Source of the DNA: Octopus vulgaris
Taxonomy: Eukaryota
Assembly (NCBI GenBank): GCA_951406725.2
Contig: OX597818.1
Location: 38,812,001 to 38,876,000, forward strand
Direction of reading: 5' to 3'
DNA: 64,000 nt
The notes below the pieces were generated by a model. That model saw nothing but the letters and a program-made list of their open reading frames with translations. It ran no database searches and was not told where the DNA came from. The position numbers were made by a program, and so were the translations under genes. Numbering within the stretch: position 1 is the first letter of the stretch; every line of letters begins with the position of its first letter. Of the stretch, positions 27,471 to 41,829 are shown in pieces.

Positions 27471-27930
27471 GCAATATGTACTTCGGACGTCATTTTCCAT
27501 TATGCTTTTGTAAAGACGATAAGAAGTTATATGAGGTAAATTGGGTTGTTATTTCTAACAAGCGACCACATTGAGGCAGCCTCGTAACAATAGTTGCGAG
27601 GTACGATCTTATCTGTAGTAGTATCTAACTTCTATATTCGATCTTTTTAAACACTTTGTTGGAGGGTCTTCAGATCGATGGTGAAATATCTTTTTCTTAG
27701 ATATTCTTCGATCAAATACAGAAATTGCAGACACTTAAATAAGATAAAACATAGTTTTGAGGGTTTCTTTCTTCTATACAATTCATTTCGATATAAAATT
27801 AGTTTTTCCTCAGCACAGAGCAACATTATGGCATTTAGATCAGTCAATTTTTAGAGCATACATAATACCTGTACATACATGCAAACATTCATATCTACAT
27901 ACATTCACACACACACACACATTTATATGC

Positions 27931-27989
<59 letters not shown>

Positions 27990-28134
27990 ACTATAAATAA
28001 GGGTATCTGAGAGACACCACCATGCCGAAATAGCAGTCAAAACCCCGACTCTAAAAAACACCTTAAATGTTCATATCGCCCCATGAGATAAGACAGAGAG
28101 ACAAAATAAACTAGCAAAAAGATATTACTGGATA

Positions 28135-28193
28135 ATTTAAGATCCTGGATTTCTAGCTTTGCTTCAAATAAGCTCTGCCTTCATCAGTTGAAT
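28135..28193 (-). ncRNA. Minimal type I hammerhead ribozyme fold
   Basis: attcaa-CUGAUGA-a-ggc..gcu-a-GAAA-uccagga-UC-ttaaat on the minus strand; one helix I mismatch. Confidence 0.55.
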
Positions 28194-28469
28194 ATACCAG
28201 ATGGGTACATAAATACAAATATATATATATACAGAACACACGTTATACTTACATATACAAACGTCCATACATACATATATGCACGTATGTACAATGCCAG
28301 TTCAAATTGCCTGCCAACCACCTCATTATTACCTTTTATTACCACCAATTATTACCTTTGCATGGTATTTATTCCCATGCTGGCCACTTGATAATATCGA
28401 TATTTAAATATCGATATTATCCTTATTAATAAATTTATATCTATATCTATATCTATATCTATCTATATA

Positions 28470-28945
28470 TATATATGAAAAAACAAGTCAAAATAGAAAA
28501 TGCTAAAATAATTTTATAAAGAACATTTCAGTACCAGTTTCAGTCATTTTGAGACCTTTTCAACTGTAACGATTAAATAATTAAATTTAGAAAAATTAAA
28601 AGAAATGTTTTTTTAAAGGAATATTTGTATAGTGTTCAAATATAAGTGGCATTTTCCTTGTTTTTGCCTTGCTCTGTCTCTCTTGTTCACACTTGTGGGT
28701 TCGAGGACGTTGTGAATTCTTGGTAGGGAAGAGAGACAGAGCAAGGCAGAAACAAGGAAAATGCCACTTTATATTTGAACACTATACAAATATTCCTTTA
28801 AAAAAACATTTCTTTTAATTTTTCTAAATTTAATTATTTAATCGTTATAGTTGAAAAGGTCTCAAAATGACTGAAACCAGTACTGAAATGTTCTTTATAA
28901 AATTATTTTAGCATTTTCTATTTTGACTTATTTTTTCATATATAT
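28470..28945. repeat. ~215-bp-arm inverted repeat of a PLE-type terminus in (TA)n, each arm with a hammerhead-like fold
   Basis: Arms 28470-28684 and 28729-28945; motif UUGAAAA-gguc..gacu-GAAA-ccag-UA at 28844-28889. Confidence 0.85.
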
Positions 28946-29345
28946 CAACTCGTGTGTTCCTTTTCATCCTTATACATACATATATATATATATAGTCTAC
29001 AGATTAGATGCAGAGATACTCAATTTAGAAGACGCTTAGTAGTGCTCAAATGATTCAAACTTAGATTCCAATGTCTTTACAGGGGATCAATTCCCCGGGG
29101 TAAAGAATTGCTATAAAAGGGATGAAATTGAGCAGATATAGCAGCAATTATGGGGGCAAAAATTAAATATGTAGCAGACGCATGATCGCTCTTTACTTTT
29201 AGGTATCAGCATTTTGCCTTTTTACCTTTATGTACCCATTTTGGTTCATCACGTGATGATCAAATCCATCTAGTTTTACGCGGACTGTTTACCCTTTAAC
29301 GTGATAGATTAGTTAGCTATTGAAGGGAGGGTTACTCCCCACATT

Positions 29346-29730
29346 GGAGGCGCAATGGCCCAGTGGATAGGGCAGCGGACTCGCGGTCATAGGATCGCGG
29401 TTTCGATTCCCAGACCGGGCGTTGTGAGTGTTTATTGAGCGAAAACACCTAAAGCTCCACGAGGCTCCGGCAGGGGGTGGTGGTGATCCCTGCTGTACTC
29501 TTTCGCTACAACTTTCTCTCACTCTTTCTTCCTGTTTCTGTTGTACCTGTATTTCAAAGGGCCGGTCTTGTCACTCTCTGTGTCACGCTGAATATCCCCG
29601 AGAACTACGTTAAGGGTACACGTGTCTGTGGACTACTCAGCCACTTACACGTTAATTTCACGAGCAGGCTGTTCCGTTGGTCGGATCAACCGGAACCCTC
29701 ATCGTCGTAACCGACGGAGTGCTTCCATCC
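29346..29730 (+). mobile_element. SINE family C, full length
   Basis: A box tggcccagtgg, B box gtttcgattcc; TSD actccccaca (29334-43, 29731-40). Confidence 0.92.
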
Positions 29731-30030
29731 ACTCCCCACACAGTTCCTTAGGGAGGTGAGTTTGTTACGAGCGAGATTTGATCATCGACAAGAAAGCAGT
29801 TTGTACCACTTTGTAGCTTCAGCAAGGAGAGATTTGTGACGAGAATCTTTAAATAATTCTGTGTACAGTTGTCACATCAACTCCAAACCGTATACTTATT
29901 GTCTTTATAGACACACGAATTGTCTTCATCGACAAAATTGCGAGTTTTCTCAATCAGCCCTGATGTTCTGACACCCATCTATCCACCACATCTCTCATCG
30001 TCTCTCACCACCTCTCTATCATCCTTCAAC

Positions 30031-30417
30031 GTGGAGGCGCAATGGCCCAGTGGTTAGGGCAGCGGACTCGCGGTCATAGGATCGCGGTTTCGATTCCCAG
30101 ACCGGGCGTTGTGAGTGTTTATTGAGCGAAAACACCTAAAAGCTCCACGAGGCTCCGGCAGGGGATGGTGGTGATCCCTGCTGTACTCTTTCACCACAAC
30201 TTTCTCTCACTCTTATTTCCTGTTTCTGTTGTACCTGTATTTCAAGGGGCCGGCCTTGTCACTTTCTGTGTCACGCTGAATATCCCCGAGAACTACGTTA
30301 AGGGTGCACGTGTCTGTGGAGTGCTCAGCCACTTACACGTTAATTTCACGAGCAGGCTGTTCCGTTGATTCGGATCAACCGGAACCCTCATCGTCGTAAC
30401 CGACGGAGTGCTTCCCC
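30031..30417 (+). mobile_element. SINE family C, full length
   Basis: TSD atcatccttcaac (30018-30, 30418-30). Confidence 0.92.
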
Positions 30418-31264
30418 ATCATCCTTCAACATTCTGTGCCAGTGAAAAACAGATGCTCGGCTCAGTTAATCTATAAGCAGTTTGGAGAATTTCTAAGTTT
30501 CTGTTAGCGAGCTTCTAAATTGTCTTCACATCCCGACTGCATTCTGAAAACTAGTCAGCTGTGACAAGAAGTGTTTAGTAGAGTGTGTTCAAAGTGCTGT
30601 TACAGCTGTATCCTTCAATCTAGAGTGAAATGTTTGAATGTCAGCTTATTAGACGTATAGTAATGATATACTAAAATTACAACAATCTAGGAGACTTATA
30701 ACTGCCTCTCCTACAATAATCTCAAAACTTCTGGAATGCACCTCCTACGTATCTTGCTTGTATCTTGTTAAGTTCCACGCCATCTCTGATCAATCAGGAA
30801 AATGCTCGCAAGTATTGAAGCCGTTACAACTCCATCCTTCATAAAGGTATCAAGGGCAACAGTATCTTATAACATATTTATGATGGTCAAGTATAATTTT
30901 CTTTTTAGACTTGGCAGCTCTTTCTAGCAAGATCAACATTAGTGTCGAGGCTCCAATTCATTAGCTCAAAAAGAAGTCGTACGTACGTACCTATGTATGT
31001 ATGTATGTATGTATGTATGTATGTATGTATGTATGTATGTATGTATGTATGTATGTATGTATGTATGTATGTATGTGTGTGTGTGTATGTGTGAGTGTGC
31101 GTGCGTGTAGGTGTGTGTATGTGCTCACATAGGAGTCATTTTATCACTCCCCACTTAGAACTTGCACACCTACTTGTGTGTTTGTTTGTGAGTGTGTGTG
31201 TGTGCATATACATGTGTATACATACATATACATATATACATATACATATATATAAATATATATA

Positions 31265-32536
31265 CAGGGGTTGAACAAAACAATGGCAACACTTAGCATC
31301 ATAGCATCATAAATTTGGAATATCTATAAACTCATCAAAAGCTTGTTTATTTTTGAGTTTTTAAAATTTATTATTTGTGTTGCTTAGTATGTTTTGCTAA
31401 AATTGCTGTTTCTTTTCAGATAGCATCAGAAAAATGTAACTAGAATTCATTAAAATGACAGATCTATTGGACTTCCATAGAGGTCAAAGTGTTGGTGCTC
31501 GTATGGCAGACGTAACGAAAACATCCGAAATGTTTGGTGTATCAAGAAGCACTGTCTCGAAAGTAATAACTGCCTTTGAGAAAGAGGGAAAAACCTCCTC
31601 GTCGAAACAAAACTCCAGAAGAAAACCAAAACTTTCAGATAGGAACTCTCGAATTCTTACGCGAATTGTTAGAAAGGATAACAAAAGTACAGCTCCCAAA
31701 ATTACTGCAGAGCTTAATCACCACCTAGGGGACTCAGTTTCCACATAAAATGTTCGCCGGAGGCTGCACAAAGCCGGATTTCACGGGAGGGCTACAATCA
31801 GAAAACCACTACTTTCAAAAACAAACGTTGCAAAGCGTTTAGAGTGGAATAAAAACCTATAGACTTGGTCCCTAGAGCAGTGGAAGAATGTAATTTTCTC
31901 GGACGAGTCATCCTTTACCTTATTTCCGAGTATACGTGTGGAGACAGCCAAAAGTAGCATTTGACCTAGACTGCCTTCTTCCAACTGTTAAACACGGAGG
32001 AGGATCTGTGATGTCTGGATCGGGGTGGGTGGGTGTTTTATATCTTAGAAATCCGCCAGCCCAATGGTTTCCCTTCATGGCAGAATTAATAGTGAAGACT
32101 ATTTAAGCATGTTATCTCATCAAATTCATCTTGTGGTTGCGGAACTGTTCCCGGAGGGAAACACAATATTTCAGGATGATAATGTACCAATTTACACAGC
32201 TAAAATTGTTACTGAATGGCATGAGGAACATTCTAGTGAAGTTGAACATCTTATCTGGCCACCACAGTCCCCAGATCTCAATATTATTGAATATTTATTG
32301 TGCATTTTAAAACAACAAGTAAGGAGTCCGATATCCTCCACCGTCATCACTACAAGAACTGGAGACTGTTTTAGCTGAAAAATGGACAAAAATTTCTTTG
32401 GAAACAATTCAAATTTTGTATGAGTCCATACTTCGGAGAATTCAAGGTGTAATTACTACCAAAGGTGGTCCCACTCCATATTAAAATAAATTTGTTTGAA
32501 AATTTAAGGTGTTTCCATTATTTTGTCCAATCTCTG
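31265..32536 (+). mobile_element. Full-length degenerate Tc1-like (DD34E) transposon
   Basis: ~30-bp imperfect TIRs (caggggttgaacaaaacaatggcaacac), TA target; pseudogene 31455-32484 with GVSRSTVS HTH, WKNVIFSDES, FQDDN, WPPQSPDLNIIE. Confidence 0.92.
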
Positions 32537-32544
32537 TGTATATA

Positions 32545-33000
32545 TACTTTCGAAATGCGGGGTAGATAAAACAGTAGACAGCTGATGAAGGGAATGTTTT
32601 TTATGTAGCCTGTCTCGTTTCTCTGTTTGTTCGTTTTCTATGTTTTCGCATTTTATATTCTCGTTTCTCATTATGCCCACGTTTTTTTTTTTGATGTCCT
32701 GTACCCATATATGCAAGTATGCATACATATATATATGTAGGTATGTACATATATGTATGTATATATGCATATATTTATATATTATATATATATATTATAT
32801 ATTTTCCTTGGAGCTGGCTAGATTGGAGCAATCTCGAGTATAACCAGCCGGAATTGCAAGATAACCTGGAACTCGACCGAGGAAAGAAAACTCCGCATGA
32901 CCAGTCCTTGTTTTCTTTGTATCGTCTGTCTGGATGTTTTGATGTCCTTTTTTTATATCACCTAACTGTCTGGATGTTTTGCGTTCTTGTCCCATTTTTG

Positions 33001-33003
<3 letters not shown>
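32545..33003 (+). mobile_element. PLE-type terminus ending in (TA)n
   Basis: Tail atgttttgcgttcttgtccca(t/g)ttt shared with 34845-34935 and 59041-59145; CUGAUGA at 32582. Confidence 0.55.
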
Positions 33004-33050
<47 letters not shown>

Positions 33051-33516
33051 CAAAGCCTGACTTCCAGTATATAAGGTGCAAGGGGACTTTTTGGGAGGGA
33101 ATTTGGGGAAAAGTGCGTCTTATATGCTGGAAAACACTTATATACACGCGCGCGCACACCACACACATATATGTGTGTGTGTATGTATGTGTGTGTGTGT
33201 GTGTGTCTGTGTAACTATACATACATATATATATATATATATATATCTTTATTGACATATATATACAAACATACATACAAATCTATGTAAATTTACACAT
33301 ATGACTATATATATATTTACATATATGTGTACATATACACGTAAATGGGCATATGAAACCCCTGGTAATGTTGACTTCTTTTAGAGCCAATGGATTGGAG
33401 CCTCTACACTGATGTTGGTCTGGCTAGAAAGAGCAGCCAAGTCTAAAAAGAAAATTATACTTGACCATCATAAATATGTCATAAGATACTGTTGCCCGAG
33501 ATACCTTTATAAAGGA

Positions 33517-33948
33517 CTAGCAGCATAACCCGGCGTTGCCCGGGTATGTAAGAGCCCCTAGTAGGCAACGACTAATCCCAATCTAGTCCTTTCCCTCTAG
33601 GGAATGAAGGCGCATGTGTAGGTTGCAATGTCTTCTCTTCACTCGAATACTTCTGTGTATACGATGTTCCTAGTTGTCCCTTTGGGCGATAAAAAGGTCG
33701 AGTTGTGTCCCCTAGACAGAAAATGTGTTGCATATAAAAAGCTTAGATTCTCGACCCCATGTCGAATTTATCGATTTTTTTCAGAACTGGGGGAACTTTT
33801 CAAAATTTTCGTTGCGTTAGTTTTGAATTATGACATTGGGCTATGTGTGTGTCAAGTTTCATCAGAATCGGTTGAAAGCCGTGGTTAGAGTGAGGATACA
33901 ACCTGACAGACACACAGACAGACAAACTGCCGTTTATATAGAGAGAGA
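33517..33948 (-). mobile_element. Non-autonomous Helitron
   Basis: Minus-strand TCTCTC..TATATAAA start, hairpin acccgggcaacgccgggt, CTAG end; empty A|T site confirmed by the paralogous arm near 30833. Confidence 0.9.
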
Positions 33949-34520
33949 TGGGATTGTAACGACTTCAATGCCTGTGAACATTTTTCTGATTAATCAGAGA
34001 TGACTTGGAACTTAAATAACAAGTTACTTCTATATGATCTTTTGGAGCTGGTGATGATATTTAAATGAAAGATCAATTCTTAAAAACATTTCTATTTCTC
34101 TATATAACGCAATAAAAAATATTGCGCTTTGAAAAGAAAAACTGTTTAGATATGCATTCAATAGCTTATCTTACATCTTGTGTATCTTACATATACATTC
34201 TTGCTTATCTACTTTTGTGAATAAATAAAATTATACCTCCTGTCAACATTCGCGTTACTGAATTTATCGAAGTAATATATATATATAAATCTTTTGTTTG
34301 AAATTAAGCACTCCCATACAAATAAAAGGAAGGGGTACACCCAAACTAGTTAAAAATCAGCATTTGAAAACAAATGCAAACACATTTTTTTTCAACGACT
34401 TGAATCTATTTTAAACTCAAGCTAATGCTAATACACTAACATATAGTGTATAAAGTTGAGTTGGAGAACACTTCTTAACAGTCAAATGTATTTCTCTTAG
34501 ATATATAATTATACTAGCAG

Positions 34521-34751
34521 AGGCGGTGAGCTGGCAGAAACGTTAGCACGCCGGGCGAAATCCGTAGCCGTATTTCGTCTGCCGTTACATTCTGAGTTCA
34601 AATTCCGCCGAGATCAACTTTGCCTTTCATCCCTTCGGGGTCGATAAATTAAAGTACCTGTTACGCACTGGGGTCGATGTAATCGACTTAATCCGTTTGT
34701 CTATCTTTGTTTGTCCTCTCTGTGTTTAACCCTTTGTGGGTAGTAAAGAAA
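34521..34751 (+). mobile_element. SINE family B inserted in a Helitron 3' terminus
   Basis: ~25-bp TSD tagatatataattatactagcagag on both sides; followed by a cccggcgctgtttggg hairpin remnant. Confidence 0.88.
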
Positions 34752-34927
34752 TAGATATATAATTATACTAGCAGAGATACCCGGCGCTGTTTGGGATTAA
34801 AATGGCATAGCTTTCTGTTCTTTTACTAGCTTCAGTCATTTGACTGAAGATTGGAGGCTCCGAATGTCCTGTCCGTGTTTTTTGTATCGTCTTCTAAATG
34901 TTTTGCGTTCTTGTCCCAGTTTGTATT

Positions 34928-34973
<46 letters not shown>

Positions 34974-35221
34974 ACCCACACACACACATATATATATATA
35001 TATAATATAATATATATATGATAAAACATATAGCTAGATCACAAAAAGTACATAATAATAAATAAACAGTATATAATATGTAAAAAGACTACGTACGTTT
35101 CGTGGCTATAACTTCAATTCGAATTACAATTAAATGAAGCGTTAAAAGATTTAGCTTAAAACGCTGAGAACTTTCCGGACAACCTAATATTTGTAAACAG
35201 ATTAGTATTTTTAAGAATGCT

Positions 35222-35468
35222 TTGTTGTGTGGAACCATTTTTCCTATGCCTGACTGCTCAGCTATTTTTGTAAAACCATTTTCCTATGTCACACTGTTCA
35301 GCTGTAGTTTTCAAATCATTTTTCCTATCTAAAAGTGATCAGCTGTTATTTTTGTGGAACTATTTTAACTATGTCAGACTGTTCACCTATTTTTGCCAAA
35401 CCAATTTTCCTACGTCAGAATGCTAGTTATTACTACTTTCGTGAAACTATTTCCCAATGTCAGATTTG
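35222..35468. repeat. Degenerate ~40-bp tandem repeat (~6 units)
   Basis: Recurring aaccatttttcctatgtcagactgttcagctatttttg unit. Confidence 0.75.
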
Positions 35469-35689
35469 AGATTTATCAACAAATAGATATTTTTTTTCTT
35501 TGTGCCTAAAAACTTTTTCAATTGATTGTTAATATATTCCTGTGTCAAAACTATGATGGTTTAGTACTTATGAGATATATTTTGCAAATAAAAATGGGCC
35601 AGTGAAATTGTACTACTTGTCTTGACTACGTTGTGATGATTACTCTGTGTCTGTCGTATGTCCCAAGTATAGAATATACTTATTATGAT

Positions 35690-35892
35690 GGAATTACGGG
35701 AATGAAATTACCAGAAGTTACCAGTGGCGAATTTACCGGGGACGAAATTTCCAGTGGAGAATTTATCGGAGGCGAAATTACCGGGGACGAAATTACAGGT
35801 GGCGAAATTACTGGAGACGAAATTACCGGTTGCGAATTTACCGGTGTGTTATTACCTACATTCTACGAATTTACCGGTGTGAAATTACCAAC
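35690..35892. repeat. 15-bp tandem repeat (ggcgaaattaccggg-like, ~12 units)
   Basis: Direct inspection. Confidence 0.9.
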
Positions 35893-35899
35893 ATTCAAC

Positions 35900-37360
35900 T
35901 TATCCAGGACCTGACTATAACACACAAAATAACCGTAAAACCCCACCAAACCACCATATGAGAATGAAAAAAACAAGTTAAAGCAAAGATGAATAAGTGC
36001 AAAGGGTATAACCAAAGAGTGTCAAGCTCTGGAAAGAATAGCAATGATTCGAGTGAGTATGTACCCCATACGAAAGTCAAAACAACAGTGGAAACCTTAG
36101 TACGTTGTACATTAGAAATGAGATAAACCACCATAGGAACTCGTGACCCCCACCCACAGGGCACAATTAACGGATACAATACTAAGCGACTTGCACACGA
36201 GGGCAAGCACCGCGGAAATATAAAACACACTTTCACTAAAGACTGTGCAAAACCTATAAATACTAAATCCAATAAAAATTCTAGAACTACGTTGTGATGT
36301 ATTGTTTCATTCGCGAAACAGATAATTTCCAACATTCCTAGATTGTTGTATACAGCGAAAGAAAAGCACTTTCTTAAAAATAGCAGATATTACAAAATAT
36401 TTAATAAACATAATGCATGCCCCGCCTTTTCCAATAGCCACAACCTGGTACAAATAATAGCGGCTCATAATGCAAGTGAACAATATAACTTCCAGGGAAA
36501 TCCTAGTTACTCGAATCTGAATAATAAGGAATAAATAAATAAAAACAGAAGGGATATAGGTGATGGGACCGTAGCTGAATGCACTGGAGTAAGGGGGAAT
36601 GCTAACAGATGAACCAACAGTCAAAGGGAAAAAAATCCTAACAAATCCTTTCACGGGCATGGAAATGGAAGGCCGAACCACTAGAAAGAGCAGCACCGAA
36701 ACTTATATCTGTAGGGAATTCAGAAATAATATAGAATCGGAGGTAGAGAGAATGGAACAAACTCCTAGGGAAATCAATGACGCAATAGATGATAGAAATA
36801 GACAAACAGGTCGCAACTGTGCTAGATATAAAATATGCCCATTAAATTCAAAATGTAAAGCTAAGAACCTGGTTTATAGATGTAAAGTAACCTTGGAGGG
36901 TAGGGAATACTTTTATATAAGTGCTAGCTCCCTTTTTTAAAAAAAAAAGATTGGTCAATCATTTAAATTCCTTTAGAGTTAGGAAAAGATAATAATACAA
37001 GATTAAGTAAACTAATATGGCCATTTAAAAACAAAAACAATAGTTTTTCTATCTATTGGGAACTAATTAGTACTGCTAAGCCTTATTGAATAAGGGAAAA
37101 TAGATGGTAAAGTTCCTGTGTGGAAGAACTTTACTAACTATTTACATCAAAACACACATTAATACAAGACACGAACAAGCCATGAGATGTTTACACAAAC
37201 ACCGACTGACCTTTAAAAAGTATAAATGATTCTTGATTGCCAACGCCTCAGCAACATTTAAGCTCAGTATAAATAACAGTAGTAATATAACCTATACACA
37301 ATATATTAATAATAATAAAGAGAGCTAATACAGTAGCCGCCGGATAATATATCCCTCCAA
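35900..37360 (+). mobile_element. Degenerate Penelope-like element, GIY-YIG C-terminal region
   Basis: CPLNSKCKAKNLVYRCKVT..FYISAS, RLVNHLNSF, SKLIW, CLHKHRL; flanked by (TA)n. Confidence 0.75.
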
Positions 37361-37364
37361 ACTC

Positions 37365-37438
<74 letters not shown>

Positions 37439-37447
37439 GTGAAAATA

Positions 37448-37627
37448 TACGACAGGCTTCTTTCAGTTTCCGTCTACCAAATCCACTCACAAGGCATTGG
37501 TCGGCCCGGGGCTATAGTAGAAGACACTTGCCCAAGGTGCCACGCAGTGGGACTGAACCCGGAACCATGTGGTTACAAGTTAGCACTCTTTAGCTACTTT
37601 AATACCACACACAGCCACTCCTGCGTC

Positions 37628-37628
<1 letters not shown>
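37448..37628 (-). mobile_element. SINE family A 5' half (inverted partner of 37717-37991)
   Basis: Reverse complement of 37717-37883. Confidence 0.88.
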
Positions 37629-37713
<85 letters not shown>

Positions 37714-37716
37714 ATA

Positions 37717-37879
37717 GACGCAGGAGTGGCTGTGTGGTAAGTAGCTTGCTAACCAACCACATGGTTCCGGGTTCAGTCCCACTGCGTGGCACCTTGGGCA
37801 AGTGTCTTCTACTATAGCCCCGGGCCGACCAATGCCTTGTGAGTGGATTTGGTAGACGGAAACTGAAAGAAGCCTGTCG

Positions 37880-37914
<35 letters not shown>

Positions 37915-37991
37915 TTGTGTGTCTGTGTTTGTCCCCCTAGCATTGCTTGACAACCGATGCTGGTGTGTTTACGTCCCCGTCACTTAGCGGT
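37717..37991 (+). mobile_element. SINE family A, 3'-truncated by PLE
   Basis: Family A consensus up to cacttagcggtt, then PLE sequence. Confidence 0.88.
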
Positions 37992-39393
<1,402 letters not shown>

Positions 39394-39559
39394 TGTTTGT
39401 GTGTGTGTTTGTGCGTGTGTATGTGTATATGAATACCACTTGATAACCGGTGTTGGTGTGCTTACGTCCCCGCAACTTAACGTTTCAGCAAAAGGAAAAA
39501 AAGATTGTACTTCAACTGACAAAAAGTTCAACAGTATGCCCGTATATCGTAATACATTT

Positions 39560-41200
39560 ATTCCGATGAAAATTGCAGTCAGTGGAAAGCCTGTGACCAC
39601 TTTTTAGTTGTAATTTCTTGGATACACGGAGGAGTGCATGAAAAGGAACAACACAGGTCATTTATAATGTCGAGTTACTTTCACTTTCATTTGCAATAGA
39701 GTTGACAGACCTGACTCACAAAGATGACACAACTGGAAGCAATACGTGTATAGTTCTTTCTACTACTTTTGGATAAGAAGCACATATAAAAGAATAAGAA
39801 TTGTGATTAATCTATATATATAAAACTGTAGTTGTGTGAGTGTCTGTCCCCTTCGATTTAGATTCCTAACTACTCCCACATTTTGCGGTGCAGTTTAACC
39901 AAATTTGGGTATCTTATAGTCGTGATTCATATCGAGCCCGTCTGAGTATTAGCGCGCGTCTACGATGAGTCTACGATTTTAAAAATAATTTAACATCATT
40001 TTTTATTCCATTTTAATGCATAGTTTTTCGTGTGTCGATGGCGGCGGAGTTGGCGTCCATGGTCACACCTGCACCTGTTTGCTTCTCCCCCTTTTTTCCC
40101 TCCCTCGTGAAGCTGTGGGGAAGGGAGTGTAAGGAAATCAACGTCGTAAAGCGTTGTCAAGGAGACCAGCGTTCTTTTAGAACAACGACTTCATGGCTTG
40201 AAGACACCAAAACAAAAATGGCTAAGAAAGCCCGAATTGGCATCTATAAGGGAAGTAACTCTCTAAAAATGCTTATATAGTTATTTCCCTTACAAACCCG
40301 AGCAACGCCGGGCGATACTGCTAGTTTCTTATAGAACACTTCTCTTGCTCTTGCTTCATTTTTCAGCTCAAGAAATTCATGTTCATAATCAACAGGAACT
40401 TTTCAACTAACAGTTTAAGTGGATATCTCAATAAATCCAAAACCTGATCCGAGTTTAGAAAAATATCGACTCACTTCATTCCGGAAGCACTTGATCTTCA
40501 TATCTTCATATCCATCAACAAGAATTGACGATATTTTGGCTAATATCTTATCCAGTTTTCCAATTTGCTCATGAAAACTTTCAGGTAATCTACGAATGTT
40601 GGGTTACGCTTTTGCAACTTTATTTGTATCAGCATTAGACTGCAGCCATGCTGGTGCACCATCTAATAGTGTTACTTTTAGTTCTGGTACTCATTTCATC
40701 GATTTCTTTTGCAGAACAGTTAAGTTTCAGAATATAAACAAACTAACACTGGTTGTCAAGCAGTGGAGGCAAGCAAACGCAAAGACACGTATACCTCGGG
40801 CTTCTCACATTTTCGTCTATCAAAATCATTCACAAGGCATTGGCAGGCTCGAGGCTATAGTAAAAGACATGGATAAGGTGCCGTGCAGTGGGGCTGAACC
40901 CGAAGCTACGTGGTTATGAAGCGAATTTCTTAACCACACAATCATGTTTTCTTTCCTGGTATCAGGAAATTTAGTGTATTTACCTATTCAAAAATATCAG
41001 CTAAATGGACAAGATGTATAATTCAGTCTTCATCAACCAGCCTGGCAAAAGATTTCGTTTTATTCAGAACAAACAGATAAATGAATAAACTGCAGTAATA
41101 GTGATTTAAGTTACAAATTCTAGTTCAGGTACATTTCCTCTTAATGTTATAAAGAAGCAAACGATGATATGTGTCTTCATCAATATTTAGCTGCTTGAAA
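39560..41200 (-). mobile_element. Degenerate hAT (Buster/Charlie) transposase C-terminal half
   Basis: LRGNV; HLADIFE.VNTLN; HEFLELKNEARAREVF; YPKVVERTIHVLLP..CESGLSTLLQMK..CTPPCIQE...QAFH*. Split by a Helitron and an old family A SINE (40620-40945). Confidence 0.75.
39811..40324 (+). mobile_element. Non-autonomous Helitron
   Basis: A|TCTATATATATAAAA...cccgagcaacgccggg..CTAG|T; same ends as 62868-63261. Confidence 0.9.
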
Positions 41201-41829
41201 AGTTAAGAGCTCCTTCTTTGATAAAAATCCCCAATTTAATTATTTTTTATCTGGGACATTCCTTAGTGGAAGAACTTGGCGTTAATCCATTCACTGACTG
41301 CCTTTTATTTTAGGTGGCGCTTTTTTCATACAAACCAGATTTTGTTCTCTTCGTAATTGGTGTTCTGCTATAACAACACTCACAGAAATTATTGCACAAA
41401 TGATTTTCTCATTCTGCGATACATATATAAGGTCTTGAAAGTTGCTTAAATCCTATTTAAACAACTTTCAAGACCTTAGATTATTTATGATAGAATAACA
41501 GAGAAATGTCGTTAATAACTCCTCTCTGAGTGAACCTGAGTGAACATACTTTGCAAACACCAGAAACTGGGAACACAATGTCACATTAGCTGATTTAACA
41601 TGAGAATAGTCAAATACAGTGACTTTGATCCCCTGTTCATCTTGATCCTTGATGTCAATGGTTATGTAACTTAACCGCCACTTCCTTAACAGAACTGCGT
41701 GTTACTGAAACAGCTGTAAGTTTATTCTCCGATATATTTTCCAACAAGATTTCCACAGTTTTGAGAGCACAAAATTTGATCAAAGTTATCTTAATTGTAT
41801 GCTCTAATATTTTTCCTTTGCTGTCTCCA

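Noticed and set aside
29346-29420. tRNA-Arg gene (also at 18032, 25000 and 30033)
   Set aside because: tRNA-like head runs into a SINE body bounded by TSDs, and the acceptor stem does not close.
34841-34872. Hammerhead at ctgaaga-ttggaggctcc-gaa-tgtc (also at 59047)
   Set aside because: Only GAA and no convincing helix I or III; at best a decayed motif.
35633-35914. GDEIT/GGEIT pentapeptide repeat protein
   Set aside because: Product of a 15-bp DNA tandem repeat; no splice or start context.
36800-37360. Selenocysteine-recoding (Naiad-like) PLE
   Set aside because: Stops include TAA/TAG and frameshifts, and I cannot identify a SECIS; simple decay explains it.
40367-40584. Plus-strand exon with good AG/GT sites
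   Set aside because: Stops in all three frames; the minus strand is a hAT transposase relic.
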